NCBI GenBank assembly: GCA_000004695.1
Contig: CM000154.2
Location: forward strand, 320,001 to 384,000
Length of the DNA stretch: 64,000 nt
Source of the DNA: Dictyostelium discoideum
Lineage: Eukaryota
Direction: 5' to 3'
The stretch's first letter is position 1, and each line of letters opens with the position of its first letter. Below the pieces are notes generated by a model that ran no database searches, had not been told where the DNA came from, and saw nothing but the letters and a program-made list of their open reading frames with translations. Both the position numbers and the translations under genes were made by a program. Of this stretch, positions 41,279-55,110 are shown piece after piece.

Positions 41279-41988
41279 ATGTCAAATTTAGGAAAATGTA
41301 CTAGATGTCAAAAAACTGTTTACTCTCAAGAAGGTTTTATTGCAGTAAAAGTTCCATTCCACCGTTCTTGTTTTAAGTAAGTTATAAAATTAAGAAATCA
41401 ATTTATAGTATAAATATTTATATTTACGTATTAACATAATTTTTTTATTTTTTTTTTATTTTTTTTTTTTTTTTTTTTTTTTTCACCAGATGCGAAGTTT
41501 GTAATTGGCAATTAGTTTTAACAAATTATAAATCAATTAATGGTAAAGTTTATTGTGCAAATCATTATCCAGTTGGTGGTTTATCAGTTACACCAGAAAA
41601 AACACATACAACATCAGATGACCTTGTAATGAAGAATGCTTTGAATGCACCTCGTGTTGAGACAGTAAATGAACAATTAAGAGGTGGAAATGAAAAGCCA
41701 CAAACCAGTACTGATGATTTAGTTACAAAGAATGCTTTAAATGCACCAAAGAGTAATTTAGTAAATAATCAAGTTAGAGGTACATCAGATTCTGCACCAC
41801 TCACAAGTGCTGATGATTTAGTTACCAGAAATGCATTAAAAGCACCCAAGAGTGATTTAGTAAATAATCAAGTTAGAGGTACATCAGAAATGGGCCCTCA
41901 AGCTGGTATCGACATAGTTACAGCTAATGCGCTCAAAGCACCAAAATTAGAGACAATGTCAGGTTATCAAAAAAGTGTACAAAATTAG
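41279..41988 (+). CDS. LIM-domain protein (LimE/CRP-like), 2 exons: join(41279..41376, 41490..41988); about 198 aa with four NALNAPK-type repeats
   Basis: Exon 1 MSNLGKCTRCQKTVYSQEGFIAVKVPFHRSCF ends at a GTAAGT donor at 41377. A 112-nt intron ends CACCAG (41488-41489). Exon 2 KCEVCNWQLVLTNYKSINGKVYCANHYPVGG completes a single CX2CX17HX2CX2CX2CX17CX2H-type LIM zinc finger. Four repeats follow, DDLV[MT][KR]NALNAPK...N.QVRG (VMKNALNAPRVETVNEQLRGG / VTKNALNAPKSNLVNNQVRG / VTRNALKAPKSDLVNNQVRG / VTANALKAPKLETMSG), as in Dictyostelium LimE. Confidence 0.75.
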
Positions 41989-42167
41989 AAACAATGTCAG
42001 ATTATAAAAAAAGTGTACAAAATTAAATAAAATAAAAAAAAAAAAAAAAAAAAAAAGAAAAGAAAAAAAAAAAAAAAAGAAATGTTTCAAATTTTCAAAA
42101 TGTATATATATTTAAATCATTTTATTTATTTATTTATTTTTTATTTTTTATTTTTTATTTTTATTAT

Positions 42168-43766
42168 TTACCACTTGTCAATTTTCATAGTACCTTTTTC
42201 AGATAAATTTGTATAAAATTTAAATGCTTTGTCTAATTGATGTGGTTCATGTCCCATATGATTTTTTAAACAAATTTGACGAGAAGTTTCAAGGTATTCC
42301 ATGAGTATTGGTTTATAGATTGGATGAGCACAATTTTGAATGATAACTTTAGCACGTTCATAAGGTGCCAAACCACGAATATCAGCTAAACCTTGCTCGG
42401 TTACAATGATATCAATGTCGTGTTCTGTATGATCGATATGAGAGGCGAAAGGAACGATACAACTAATACCATGTGGATCAGTTTTAGTTGGACGAGTTGA
42501 TGGGGTGTGAACAATGGAGATTCTTGAATTTCTTAAGAATTCACCACTACCACCTAAACCATTTAACATTTTTGAACCCATTGTATTGGTACTATTGACA
42601 TGACCATAGATATCAACTTCACATGGAGTATTTAAAGCGATACAACCAACACGTGAAATTAATTCAGCTGCATTTGAAATGGCCTGATTTCTAAGGATGA
42701 TTTTACTTTTATAATTTTCCCAATTATTGAATAATCTATTGAAACCTGGTGGGGAGAATCTAAGTGAAGTTGCTGAAGCGAATTTCAATTTACCATTATC
42801 GAAAAAGTCCAAGAAAGTGTCTTGAATAACTTCAGTCCAAACTGAGAGATTGTCAAATGGACCTTTGGAAAGACCTCCAATGACAGCGTTTGCAATTGAA
42901 CCAATACCCGATTGAAGTGGGAGTAAATTCTTTGGGAAACGGCCTTGTTCAATTTCGTGAATGAAAAATTGTACGATATTGTTTGCAATAGCAGAGGAGG
43001 TTTCATCCTCTGGGGCGCCCACACTTGTATTATCGGGTAGCTGGGATTCTACAATTGCAATGATTTTCTCTGGATCTACAGGGAATGCTTCCAAACCAAT
43101 TCTATCATCGACACGGGTAATTTGGTATGGTTTTGAGAATGGAGGTAATGCAATTTTCACCATATCATGCAACCCTTTGAACGATGGTAATGAGGTGTTA
43201 ATCTCAATGATGATTTTATCTGCCATTTGTAAGATCTCAGGTGTGATACCAACGGATGCACCTGGTACTATACAACCGTCTTCGGTGATTTCTGTGGCTT
43301 CAACGATTGCTATATCCATTGTTCTCTTTGATCCATGTGGTTTATCCAATGTATAATATCCAGCCAATAAATCACTTGCAAATGTCGATAAATGTTGATC
43401 GGCAAAACGAATTCTACCGCTATTTATACCATTACGAATGTGATGTCCATTTTGGTGAGGATATCTCTTATCTATCATATCCAACATTGCCCAACGATCT
43501 TCTGTCTCTGGTCCAACTGATGCTCCAACAAATAAATTCATTTTTAATTTACCCTGTAATCCATTTTTTTCCACATGGTCTGCCAATGCAATTGGTACTA
43601 CCTTTGGATAACCTGTACCTGCAAATCCACCCATAGACACATAATGTCCATTTTGAAAATATGGTATCAATTGACTAACATCTGTAACAACTTTACTTAA
43701 TAATGATTTTCTTTTAATTCTTGATTCAATTAATGATTTACTACCTTGTTGAACAATTTTATGCAT
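42168..43766 (-). CDS. Acetyl-CoA hydrolase/transferase (ACH1 / succinyl-CoA:acetate CoA-transferase family), single exon, 532 aa
   Basis: [10 protein letters not shown]...[73 protein letters not shown]...[66 protein letters not shown]...[27 protein letters not shown] is collinear with yeast Ach1 nearly residue for residue (LNGLGGSADFLRNAKLSIMH, GTMKVDSW). GC content is markedly higher than surroundings, as in highly expressed genes. Small ORFs on both strands inside it are spurious. Confidence 0.9.
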
Positions 43767-44711
43767 CCTTAATTTTAAAAATAAAAAAGTAAAAAAAAAT
43801 AATAAAAATAATTATTATTATTATCAGAATAAAATTTATAATATTATAAAAATTCTGTTTTTATTTAATAGAGTGAACACACAACTTACTTTTTTTTTTA
43901 AAAATTTATTTTTTATTGAAATGTACAAGTGGGTGTGTATTTGTGTTTATTTGTGTGTATCTTTTAATTTTTTATTTATTTTTTTATTTATTTATTTAAT
44001 TTTTTTTTTTTTTTTTTTTTTATTTGTCAACTTCACAGTGAGTTAATTTTTTATATTTTTAATAATTATACAAACAATTTATTTTATTTTATTTTATTTA
44101 TTTATTTATTTTATCCTTTTAAAATAAAATGAAAATTATTTTTTTTTTATAAAAAAAAAAAAAAACATTCAATCAATTTATACTTTACAATAAAGAATGG
44201 AGTTATGGTTTGAAAATATTAAAATTTATATTACAATAATTTTTTTATTTTTTTATTTTTTTTTTTTAAATTTTTTTTTTTTAATTTAATTTTTAAAATC
44301 TTTTTTTAGGAATTCTGATGGTTTTTCGTATGATTTTATTATCGCAAATTTTAATATTAATCAATTATTTTAGAATCATTGTACTCCTAATTCGGAGCTA
44401 TTTTATGCAACCATATAAAAAAAAAACTGTCATATTTTTTAATTTAGTAATAATCTATAGATTGCCAGATGTCTTTAGAATATAAAAATAAAAAAAAAAA
44501 TAAAAAAAAATAAAAAAATAAAAAAAAATAAAAAAAAAAAAAAATAAAAAAAAAATAAAAAAATAAAAAAAAGTGAAAAAAAGAAATTAATTTTTTGGAA
44601 TGAGTTCTGGTATCATTCTGATGTTATACCAGAATTGTACCAATTTTTTTATTTTTATTTTTATTTTTTTTTTCTAATCACTATTTTTTTTTTTTTTTAT
44701 TTTTTTTTTTT

Positions 44712-44941
44712 TCAAGAATTTATTAAACTTTCTTGATCTTGTTTTGGTTTTGGAATTGGTTTCATTAAAATTGAAAGATGACCACGTTTATGAGCAAAGA
44801 AAATTGTTGGTAAAGTTACAGTTGGGACAAGGTATAATAATGCAGGTTGACCAGACTCTGTAATTAAAACAGCGAATAATGAAATTACCAAACCAGAAAT
44901 ATAACCAATCACAGAGATTTTAAAGTATCCAACAAAATTAC

Positions 44942-45019
<78 letters not shown>

Positions 45020-45028
45020 TGTTACCAC

Positions 45029-45059
<31 letters not shown>

Positions 45060-45244
45060 TTTCTCACCAAATTTATAATATTTATCCAAGAAATATAATT
45101 GACACATATAAATACCTGGTAATACAATATCACCATTACCTAATGATGAAAAACCACCACCAAAAAATTTTGGAACAGAAATTAACATTGGTAAATAAAA
45201 TTTATCTAAAACCTTAACTGCTACTTTTTCCCTGTTTTTTTTAT

Positions 45245-45300
<56 letters not shown>

Positions 45301-45734
45301 TAAATTCCATAAATAAAATTAAAAAATCCAATCAGATAATAATAATAATAAAAAAAAAAAAAAAAACTTACATTACACTCTCACCAAAAAAGAAACTACT
45401 ATAAAATACCCAAAAAACATCATAAATTAAAAATGTCCATAAAAGTAAAGTTAATCCTCTTAAATTATTTAATCTCATGAATGAAAATGCTGTTATACAT
45501 GAGCATATCGATAAAACTAATATATTGATTTGAAAAATAAAAAGTGTTAGCGAGGTTTTTTTTTTTATTTTTTTTTTTTATTTATTTATTTTTACCTACA
45601 ATTAACAAATAAAAAATGATTTGAGTAATACCAAAATAAAGTTAATATTACACCACAAACAAATGCAATTACAGATGATAACGTTATTGTAACTTCATCA
45701 TCTAACATTTTTAATCTATAAAATTTTTAATATT

Positions 45735-45814
<80 letters not shown>

Positions 45815-46226
45815 CAGTGGTGTTATTGATTAAACTATATTTTAATCTTAATGATTTAAGTGTATTATAATTGTGATATATAGGTATATACTTTTTAGAA
45901 GAATCATGAATTGAAAACTTTGGTAATAAATATTGAAAAAATGGATATGTAACATAAGATATGGCTAATAGTGATGTTATAACTATAACACAAATTAATA
46001 TATTATACATTGCATCCATATAATAAAAAAAGGTGAGGAGTGATAATGAACCAATACAAGGTAGTATTAATAACCATTTGTTTGGCATATCATTGTTATC
46101 GATTATTAAAAGTTGATTCTCCATATTAAATTTATATGATCTAAAACTACCATACCATATGGCAAATAATGGTATCCCTATTATCAAAAATGATGCTGGA
46201 TCAATTAACATTAACCATTTACCCAT
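44712..46226 (-). CDS. Signal peptide peptidase (presenilin-type intramembrane aspartyl protease, A22B), 4 exons: join(complement 45892..46226, 45600..45715, 45372..45516, 44712..45231); about 371 aa
   Basis: Exon 1 MGKWLMLIDPASFLIIGIPLFAIWYGSFRS...LLAISYVTYPFFQYLLPKFSIHDSSK (compare human HM13 LGILALSHTISPFMNKFFP) ends at a GTATAT donor. Exon 2 KLKMLDDEVTITLSSVIAFVCGVILTLFWYYSNHFLFVN (compare DTKDLVCLGLSSIVGVWYLLRKHWIANN) ends at a GTAGGT donor. Exon 3 FLSICSCITAFSFMRLNNLRGLTLLLWTFLIYDVFWVFYSSFFFGESV carries the catalytic YD motif. Exon 4 MEKVAVKVLDKFYLPMLISVPKFFGGGFSSLGNGDIVLPGIY...QPALLYLVPTVTLPTIFFAHKRGHLSI carries the GxGD and PAL motifs. Only the chosen donor/acceptor phases give an open reading frame, and the product length matches human SPP (377 aa). 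Under this model the ORF-track poly-N tail of 45711..46226 (...TLKSLRLKYSLINNTTDNNNN) is intron 1. The exon 2 donor is non-consensus. Confidence 0.75.
45735..45811. repeat. (ATT)n microsatellite inside intron 1 of the signal peptide peptidase gene
   Basis: attattatt... run directly 5' of the copied 49-nt coding fragment. It reads as poly-Asn on the minus strand, which is why the ORF track extends through it. Confidence 0.85.
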
Positions 46227-47499
46227 TATTAAATTTTTTTTTTATTTTTTTTAATATTTGTTTCTTTAATTTTTTTTAATTTTTTTTTTTTTTTTTTTTT
46301 ATATTATTGGTAACATATATTTATTTAATTAATTAAATGGTTTTTTAATTTTTTTTTTTTAATTTTTTAATTTTTTAATTTTTTTTTTTTTTGTCAGATT
46401 TAGAATATATTACACTGTGATGAATAAAAAATAATTAAAAAAAAATGAAAAATTTAAAATAAAAAAAATAACAAAAAAAAAATAAAAAAAAAATTTAAAA
46501 ATAATTTTTTTTTTTGTTGTTTTTTTTTTTGTCTTGTTTGCACACAATTTCGTTTAAAAACAATCACTTTTTTTTTTTTATTTATTAAATTATTTATAAT
46601 GGACTAATAGTTAAATTTATTGTTGAAGGACCTTTATTTATTATTTTTAATTCACCAGAAACTTGAAGATTTTTTTCAATATATTTAACACCTTTTCTTA
46701 ATGAAATAATTTCATCAGTTTTATCATTAATCTTAATTTCCACTTCTGAAATTTCATTCTCAGTTTTTGTTTCTATATGAATTAAAATAAATTGTTTTTC
46801 AATTACTACAGCTATTTATTTATTAAAATTTTTTAATTAGTATTATCATTTATTTTTTTTTTTTTTCAAAAATTAAAAAAAAAAAAAAAAAAAATTTACA
46901 ATGAATTGAATTAACTTCTAGTTCTATGCTTGACATTCTTTATTTCTTATTAATTTACTTATTAATTTTGAATAATAAAATAAAAATAATATAAAAATAA
47001 AAAAAAATAAAAAAAAATAAATAAAAAAAAATAAATAAAAAAAAAAAATAAAACGTGAAAAAAATAAATAAAAAAAATAAAAAAAAAGATGTATGTTCAA
47101 CTCAAAATAATTAATTTTTACAAAACACACCAAAAACCAAATTTAAGAATTGTTTACTTTTTTTTTTTTTTTGTTTATTTTTTATTTTTTATTTTTTATT
47201 ATTTTCATTTGGGTGTATACAGAAATTAAAAAAAAAATAAAAAAAAAAAAATAAAAAAAAAAAATGGGTATGTTGGACAATTCCAAATGGGAAATTTTTT
47301 TTTTTTCTTTTTTTTTTGGCCGAGAAATGAATCATTTAAAATAATGATCATTTTTTATTGGGTTTAGAAAGATTTAAATTTTTATTCTTTTTTTTTTTTT
47401 CTATTTTTTTTTTTTAAATTTATTTTTTTTTATTGTTTTTTTTTTTTCCTCTTCATTTTTTTTTCTTTTTTTTTCTTTTTTTTTCTCAATTAAGGGTTT

Positions 47500-49556
<2,057 letters not shown>

Positions 49557-49680
49557 ATAAATAATAATAATAATAAATAAATAATAAATAATAATAATAA
49601 ATAATAAACAATAAATAAATTCAATTTTTATTCTTTAATACTTTTTTATTTTTATTTTATTTATTACTATTTATATTATT

Positions 49681-49717
<37 letters not shown>

Positions 49718-49724
<7 letters not shown>

Positions 49725-51186
49725 GAAAGTGAAATTGATTGAACTCTAATAATATCACTATTTGAATCATCATAACCAGATAGAGTAATAGCATAGAATT
49801 CATTTCTATAGAATCTTTGAAGTGGAACGCTAATTGTATTGTATGAATCACCATCATCAATAAATGATGAATCAATGTATGGTTCTAATGAAATTGAGAG
49901 TGGAATTTTTTCACCTTTGGTTAAGAGGTTAACTTGAGTATTTGAAATGATTTCTTTAAAACCTAAAATGTTGATGTTGAGGGTTCTTTTGCCTTTACTT
50001 GATAAACAATTGGATCCAGTTGCACATTTAAAGAATAAAACATTTCCAAGTATTGGTCTAGTTTCATAATATTCAACCTCCTTCTTTGAATATGGACCCC
50101 AACTTGCACTTGAGAATTCTCTTTCCAATTTACCATCTCTCATAATATATTGGAAAATGGTTGATTTATGTTTTCTGGACTCTTCTGCTGCAGCTTTTCT
50201 CTCTATATCACGTTGCATTTGTTCTCTTTCTTTTTCTCTTTGCAATTCAAGATACTCATCATTTTGTCTCTTTCTTCTTATGGCTTGTTCTTCTTGATCT
50301 CTTTGTCTTTCTTCTCTTTGAAGTTCTTCACGAGATGGTCTTTGTGGGTATTCTTCTCGAGATGGTCTTTGTGGTTCATGGTAATGATATGCACCTCCAC
50401 TGGAAATCATTATATCAGCACATGTTAAATAATATTCCTTTGGATTAAACTCCCAGAAAAATTGAAGAATATATAAACCTGGAGAAATATCCATTGGTAA
50501 ATCAAAACATGCAGTACATGTTGCATTATTTGTATTTTCATAATATTTTGTACAGTTTCCAAATGGGCTTGAATGGATTGAATTTTGGAAGAATACATCT
50601 TGACTTGGATCTGCGGGCTAATTTTTAAAAATTAAAAAAAAAAAAGAATTTTAAATAATCAATAAATGTAAAAATTAATAATTAAAATAATAATAAAAAT
50701 AAACATACAGCATCTGATGTCATTTTTGGAGAAAGGTAGAAACTAACGGTACCAGCTCTTAATGCAGTCGCATGGTTTCTTGCTGGCCATTGTGGGCAAA
50801 TCTTTTGACCTAATTAAAATAAAAAGAAAATTCAAAAAAAAGTAAGTAAAAAGTTTTTTAAAAAAAAAAAAAATTAAAAAATTATATATACCAGCTTGGA
50901 AATTTCCCATTGGATGTTTTGAACTATAAAGATTGGTAATTGAAGAACTTCTTCTTTGTGCTGGGCCACATGATTGACCCAATTCAGTTGGGTATGGTTT
51001 TGTGAATTTACCTCTTTGGAATAAGAAACCATCGCCTTGTTGTTCATAAAATCTATAGTTTCTTGGGTATGCTGCACATGAATTTGAACCAAAATCCCAA
51101 TCCACACATTTCATAAATGAATGTGATTCAATTTTACCAAATAATAATACAAGTAGTACTGTTAAAAATAATATTATTTTTTTCAT
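49718..51186 (-). CDS. Secreted His-brace LPMO-like (AA10/AA15-type copper monooxygenase-like) domain fused to a long ER/K-rich helix and an unknown C-terminal domain, 3 exons: join(complement 50892..51186, 50709..50809, 49718..50617); about 431 aa
   Basis: Exon 1 MKKIILFLTVLLVLLFGKIES | HSFMKCVDWDFGSNSCAAYPRNY...SSKHPMGNFQAG: a signal peptide, with predicted cleavage leaving His as mature residue 1, and a second His about 75 residues later. A GTATAT donor leads to exon 2 GQKICPQWPARNHATALRAGTVSFYLSPKMTSDA, then a GTATGT donor and acceptor TTAG lead to exon 3 PADPSQDVFF...CFDLPMDISPGLYILQFFWEFNPKEYYLTCADIMISSGGAYHYHE. The motif GLYILQFFWE...EYYLTCADI resembles the AA10 C-terminal strand ([24 protein letters not shown]) and AA9 (NYVLRHE...NYPQCINLQVTGGG), with Glu in the AA10/AA15 position. 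Then comes PQRPSREEYPQRPSREELQREERQRDQEEQAIRRKRQNDEYLELQREKEREQMQRDIERKAAAEESRKHK (an ER/K single-alpha-helix-like stretch) and a roughly 140-aa C-terminal domain of unknown type. ORF-track 50743..51186 and 49718..50494 are exon pieces. Confidence 0.55.
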
Positions 51187-51876
51187 TTTAAAAAAAATAT
51201 TTAAAACAATAAAAAAAAAGATTTTAACTATTATTAACTAATAAAAAAAATATAAAAAAAATAATTAAAAAAAAAAAAAATAATAATAATAATAATTAAA
51301 TCTCGGTTTATTTTTTTAAAGAAAAAATAAAATTTGTAGATTTCATTAAAAAATAATTAAAGAAAGATTGTTAAAAAAAAAAAGAAAAAAAAACCATTAT
51401 ATTTGGTGATTGTATAAATCCATTGGGGGTATTAATATATTTTTAATATAAAAAATAATAATAAATAAATAATATAAAAATAAACACATTAAGCAATAGC
51501 ATAGCAGAAATGTGTTAAATAAAAACCCCAAAATACCAATATTTACCCCAAAATTATCATTTTACCACTACATTATTTGAACATAAAAAAAAAAAAAAAA
51601 TAGTGGCACTTTCATATTAAAACAGATAATATAATAAAATAGTTTTTTTTATTAAAATTTAAAATAATTTTTTTATAATAGAATTAAAGAATGAAACATT
51701 AATAATTTTTTTAAAAAGATAAGATCTTTTTATTTGTTCAAAAATATTTTATGATTTTTATTATTTGAGGTGATCCTTTGTTTTCAGTATTGATAAAAAT
51801 TCATTTTCATTAAGGATGTGATGCCTCCTTATAATTTTATTTTTTCTCCTATTAAAATATTCAATGTAACCATTCC

Positions 51877-51921
<45 letters not shown>

Positions 51922-52455
51922 AAAAATTAATTAAGAATTTAATTAATTGGCTCCATTTATACCCAAGTGGGCTTTAAATCTGTTTTTTAAAGTTTTATAT
52001 AAATATGATTTTCTTTTTTTTTTTTTTTTCATTATTATTATTAATTATTTTTAATATAATAAATTGTTTTTTTTTTTTTTTAATCTAAAAATAAAATTTT
52101 GTTTAGGGCTTTTATTATAATAAAATAATACCCCTTTTACCATTTTCTTATTTTAAATATGTCCTGATTGGGCAATTTTCATTTTTGGCTTTTGGATTTT
52201 ACCAAATATAGTAAAAATTTCTTTTTTTTTTAATTTCAAATAATTTAAAATTGAAAAATGATTGAGTACAAACAGAGTAAACTTTTTTTAAAAAAAAATG
52301 ATTATAATAATCATCATCAAAAAGCAAAAGTAAGAAAAAATAAAGAAAGAAATAACAAATAGAAAAAAAAAGTAAATCTCTCTAACAATTAAAAAGAATT
52401 AGATAAATAGTTTTTTCCCAAATAAAAATGGTTTACATTCAATTATAATCTAGAT

Positions 52456-52587
<132 letters not shown>

Positions 52588-52596
52588 TATAATAAT

Positions 52597-52800
52597 ATGA
52601 ATCAATACCAATCAAATGATAGAGAAAGGAAAGATTTATCTATGCACTATATCAAAAAGAAAGGTTGATGATCATCATATAAATATTTTATTCTAAAGTA
52701 ATATATGAATCAATACTAATCAAATGTCAGAGAAAGGAAAGATTTTTCTATGCACTATGGCATTTTGAAAAGAAGATGATATCATTTATAAAAAAAAAAA
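52597..52800. repeat. Imperfect tandem duplication, two units of about 105 nt
   Basis: Unit A atgaatcaataccaatcaaatgatagagaaaggaaagatttatctatgcactat... (from 52597) and unit B atgaatcaatactaatcaaatgtcagagaaaggaaagatttttctatgcactat... (from 52705). About 85% identity over the first 55 nt, then diverging. Confidence 0.7.
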
Positions 52801-53467
52801 ATTAGAAACCAAAAAACTAAAAATAAATTAAAAAAAAAAAAAGCTTTAATAAAATATATTTTTTTTTTTTTTTCATTATTGTTTTAATTAATAGAAAAAA
52901 ACTATTTCCTTTTAATTCTATTATTAATAAAAAACTAAATGGTTTTTTATTATCTTTTTCATAATAAAATTAAAATTGACCTATTGTAAGTTGGTCACTA
53001 TTATTTTATATAAAAATAGATTTTTTTTTTAAATAAAAAAAAAAATAGATTTGATTTGTTTGTGGTGAAAATATTATTTAAATTAAATTATTTATTAGAT
53101 TTAAATATATCATCGTCACCATTTTTATATTCACCACCAAAATAATAATCTTTCTTTCTTGGTTGAGAAACAACATGAACCAAAAAACCAATGGCGAGTT
53201 ATGATACGAATCCTGGATTGACAACAAATATTAACTCATTTTTAAAAAGAAACCAATAAATTATGAAACTTTAAAAATTAATTTATGTTTGATAAAAAAA
53301 AGAATTTAAATTTTTTACTTTTTTTTTTGGTGTTTAAAAAAATAAAAAAAAATAAAAAAAAATAAAAAAATATTAACAGGAACATCATTTTTAAAATTAA
53401 TATATTTAAAAATTTAAAAGTATGTATTAATTTTAAAAAAAAAGGAAAAAAAAAGTAGTAATTAATT

Positions 53468-53507
<40 letters not shown>

Positions 53508-53591
53508 CCCTCACCCAATTTTTTATTTTATTTTCGAAAAGTTTCACACATGCACAGATTTCAATACCAATAATAAAAAAAAGATGAAATA

Positions 53592-54255
53592 ATGGATAAA
53601 ACTATTATAAATAAAAGCAATAAAATGAAAACTTCTTCCACTTCCTCTACTTCTTCTACTTCCACTTCTTCTACTTCTTCCCTTTTAAATCAACAACCAA
53701 CACAAGATACACATAAATTAAATAATAAAAATTTTAAAACGAATCAAAGGAAAAAAATTGAAGAAGAGTTGATCGAGCATAATAAACTAAATAACATGTT
53801 AAAAGATATATCCAAAAAGTATGAACATAAAATTCAAATTAAACAAGAATCAATTGTTACCATTGAAAAGGTTGTCCAATCATTTGTAAAGGTGATTTTA
53901 AAGAAAACAAACATTGATAATAACACTTTGCAAATCACTGAAATTTATAAAACTTTAATCGACTTAGATTTAGAATTTTTGTTACCAATTCGTGGTGTTA
54001 CAATAAAATCGTATGTATTTTTATATATATATATATATATATAAACATAAAACATTCTCATTTTAATGCGAGTAATTTTACTTTATTTTTTTTTTTTTTT
54101 TTTTCCCTCTCCTAAAGAAATACAAGAAAACCATCAATGAATAAATTTCTTTTAGCAGATAGTGATAAAAATTTTGAGGAGAAACCTCAACAACAACAAC
54201 GACAGCAACAACAACAACAACAACAACCACAACTGCTGCAACAACTGCAACAACG

Positions 54256-54328
<73 letters not shown>

Positions 54329-54438
54329 CTGCAAATGCAAATACAACAACATCAACATCGACAAATGCAAATACAACAACAACATCGACAAATGCAACTA
54401 CATCAACAAATGCAACAACAACAACAACTACAACAACT

Positions 54439-54507
<69 letters not shown>

Positions 54508-54649
54508 GATGCAAATACAACTGCAATTACAACATCAACCTCTAAACCACCAATATTATAATCTCCAAATGCAACAAAGTTGTGAACAAAATAATATCAT
54601 TAATAGTTTTAATGATTATAATAATATCAATAACAATAACAATAATAAC

Positions 54650-54738
<89 letters not shown>

Positions 54739-54880
54739 TAACCAACCTACACCATCTATATATAATCAAGATAATATAAACAATAGTTTTAATAATATAA
54801 TATTTAACACTGAAAATAACTTTTTCGAATTGGAAGACAATTTCAACCCTGAAAATTTTTTGGAATTCGAAAATATTTAA
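53592..54880 (+). CDS. Gln/Asn-rich nuclear-type protein, 2 exons: join(53592..54010, 54118..54880)
   Basis: Exon 1 MDKTIINKSNKMKTSSTSSTSSTSTSS...IEKVVQSFVKVILKKTNIDNNTLQITEIYKTLIDLDLEFLLPIRGVTIK ends at a GTATGT donor at 54011. A 107-nt intron with (TA)n and poly-T ends CCTAAAG at 54117. Exon 2 SNTRKPSMNKFLLADSDKNFEEKPQQQQRQQQQQQQQPQLL...(Q)n...(N)n...FELEDNFNPENFLEFENI. The 350-nt (CAA)n/(CAG) tract generates spurious overlapping ORFs on both strands (54152..54397-, 54162..54545+, 54542..54769-, 54582..54779+). Confidence 0.6.
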
Positions 54881-54973
54881 AAAAGAAAAAAAAAAATGGT
54901 AATGTATTATATGATGACAAAATATTTATTATTTATTATTTATTATTTATTATTTATTTAATTTGCACACCAC

Positions 54974-55004
<31 letters not shown>

Positions 55005-55060
55005 AAAAAAAAAAAAATTAAAAAAAAAAAAATTTTTTTATCCAGGTTTTTCAGGAGAAG

Positions 55061-55110
<50 letters not shown>

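Noticed and set aside
42785-43636. Three ORFs (79-131 aa) inside or antisense to the acetyl-CoA hydrolase gene
   Set aside because: They are alternative-frame artefacts of a GC-richer, long single-exon gene whose main frame has full-length homology to Ach1.
32517-43766. Possible metabolic gene cluster (aminotransferase, debranching enzyme, acetyl-CoA hydrolase within 11 kb)
   Set aside because: The genes are on different strands, are separated by unrelated genes (a CX9C-type protein, a LIM protein), and belong to unrelated pathways. Eukaryotic housekeeping genes sitting close together is not evidence of a functional cluster.
54152-54779. Four overlapping ORFs (poly-L, poly-N, poly-I) on both strands
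   Set aside because: All are alternative readings of the (CAA)n and (AAT)n tracts in exon 2 of the Q-rich gene 53592..54880.
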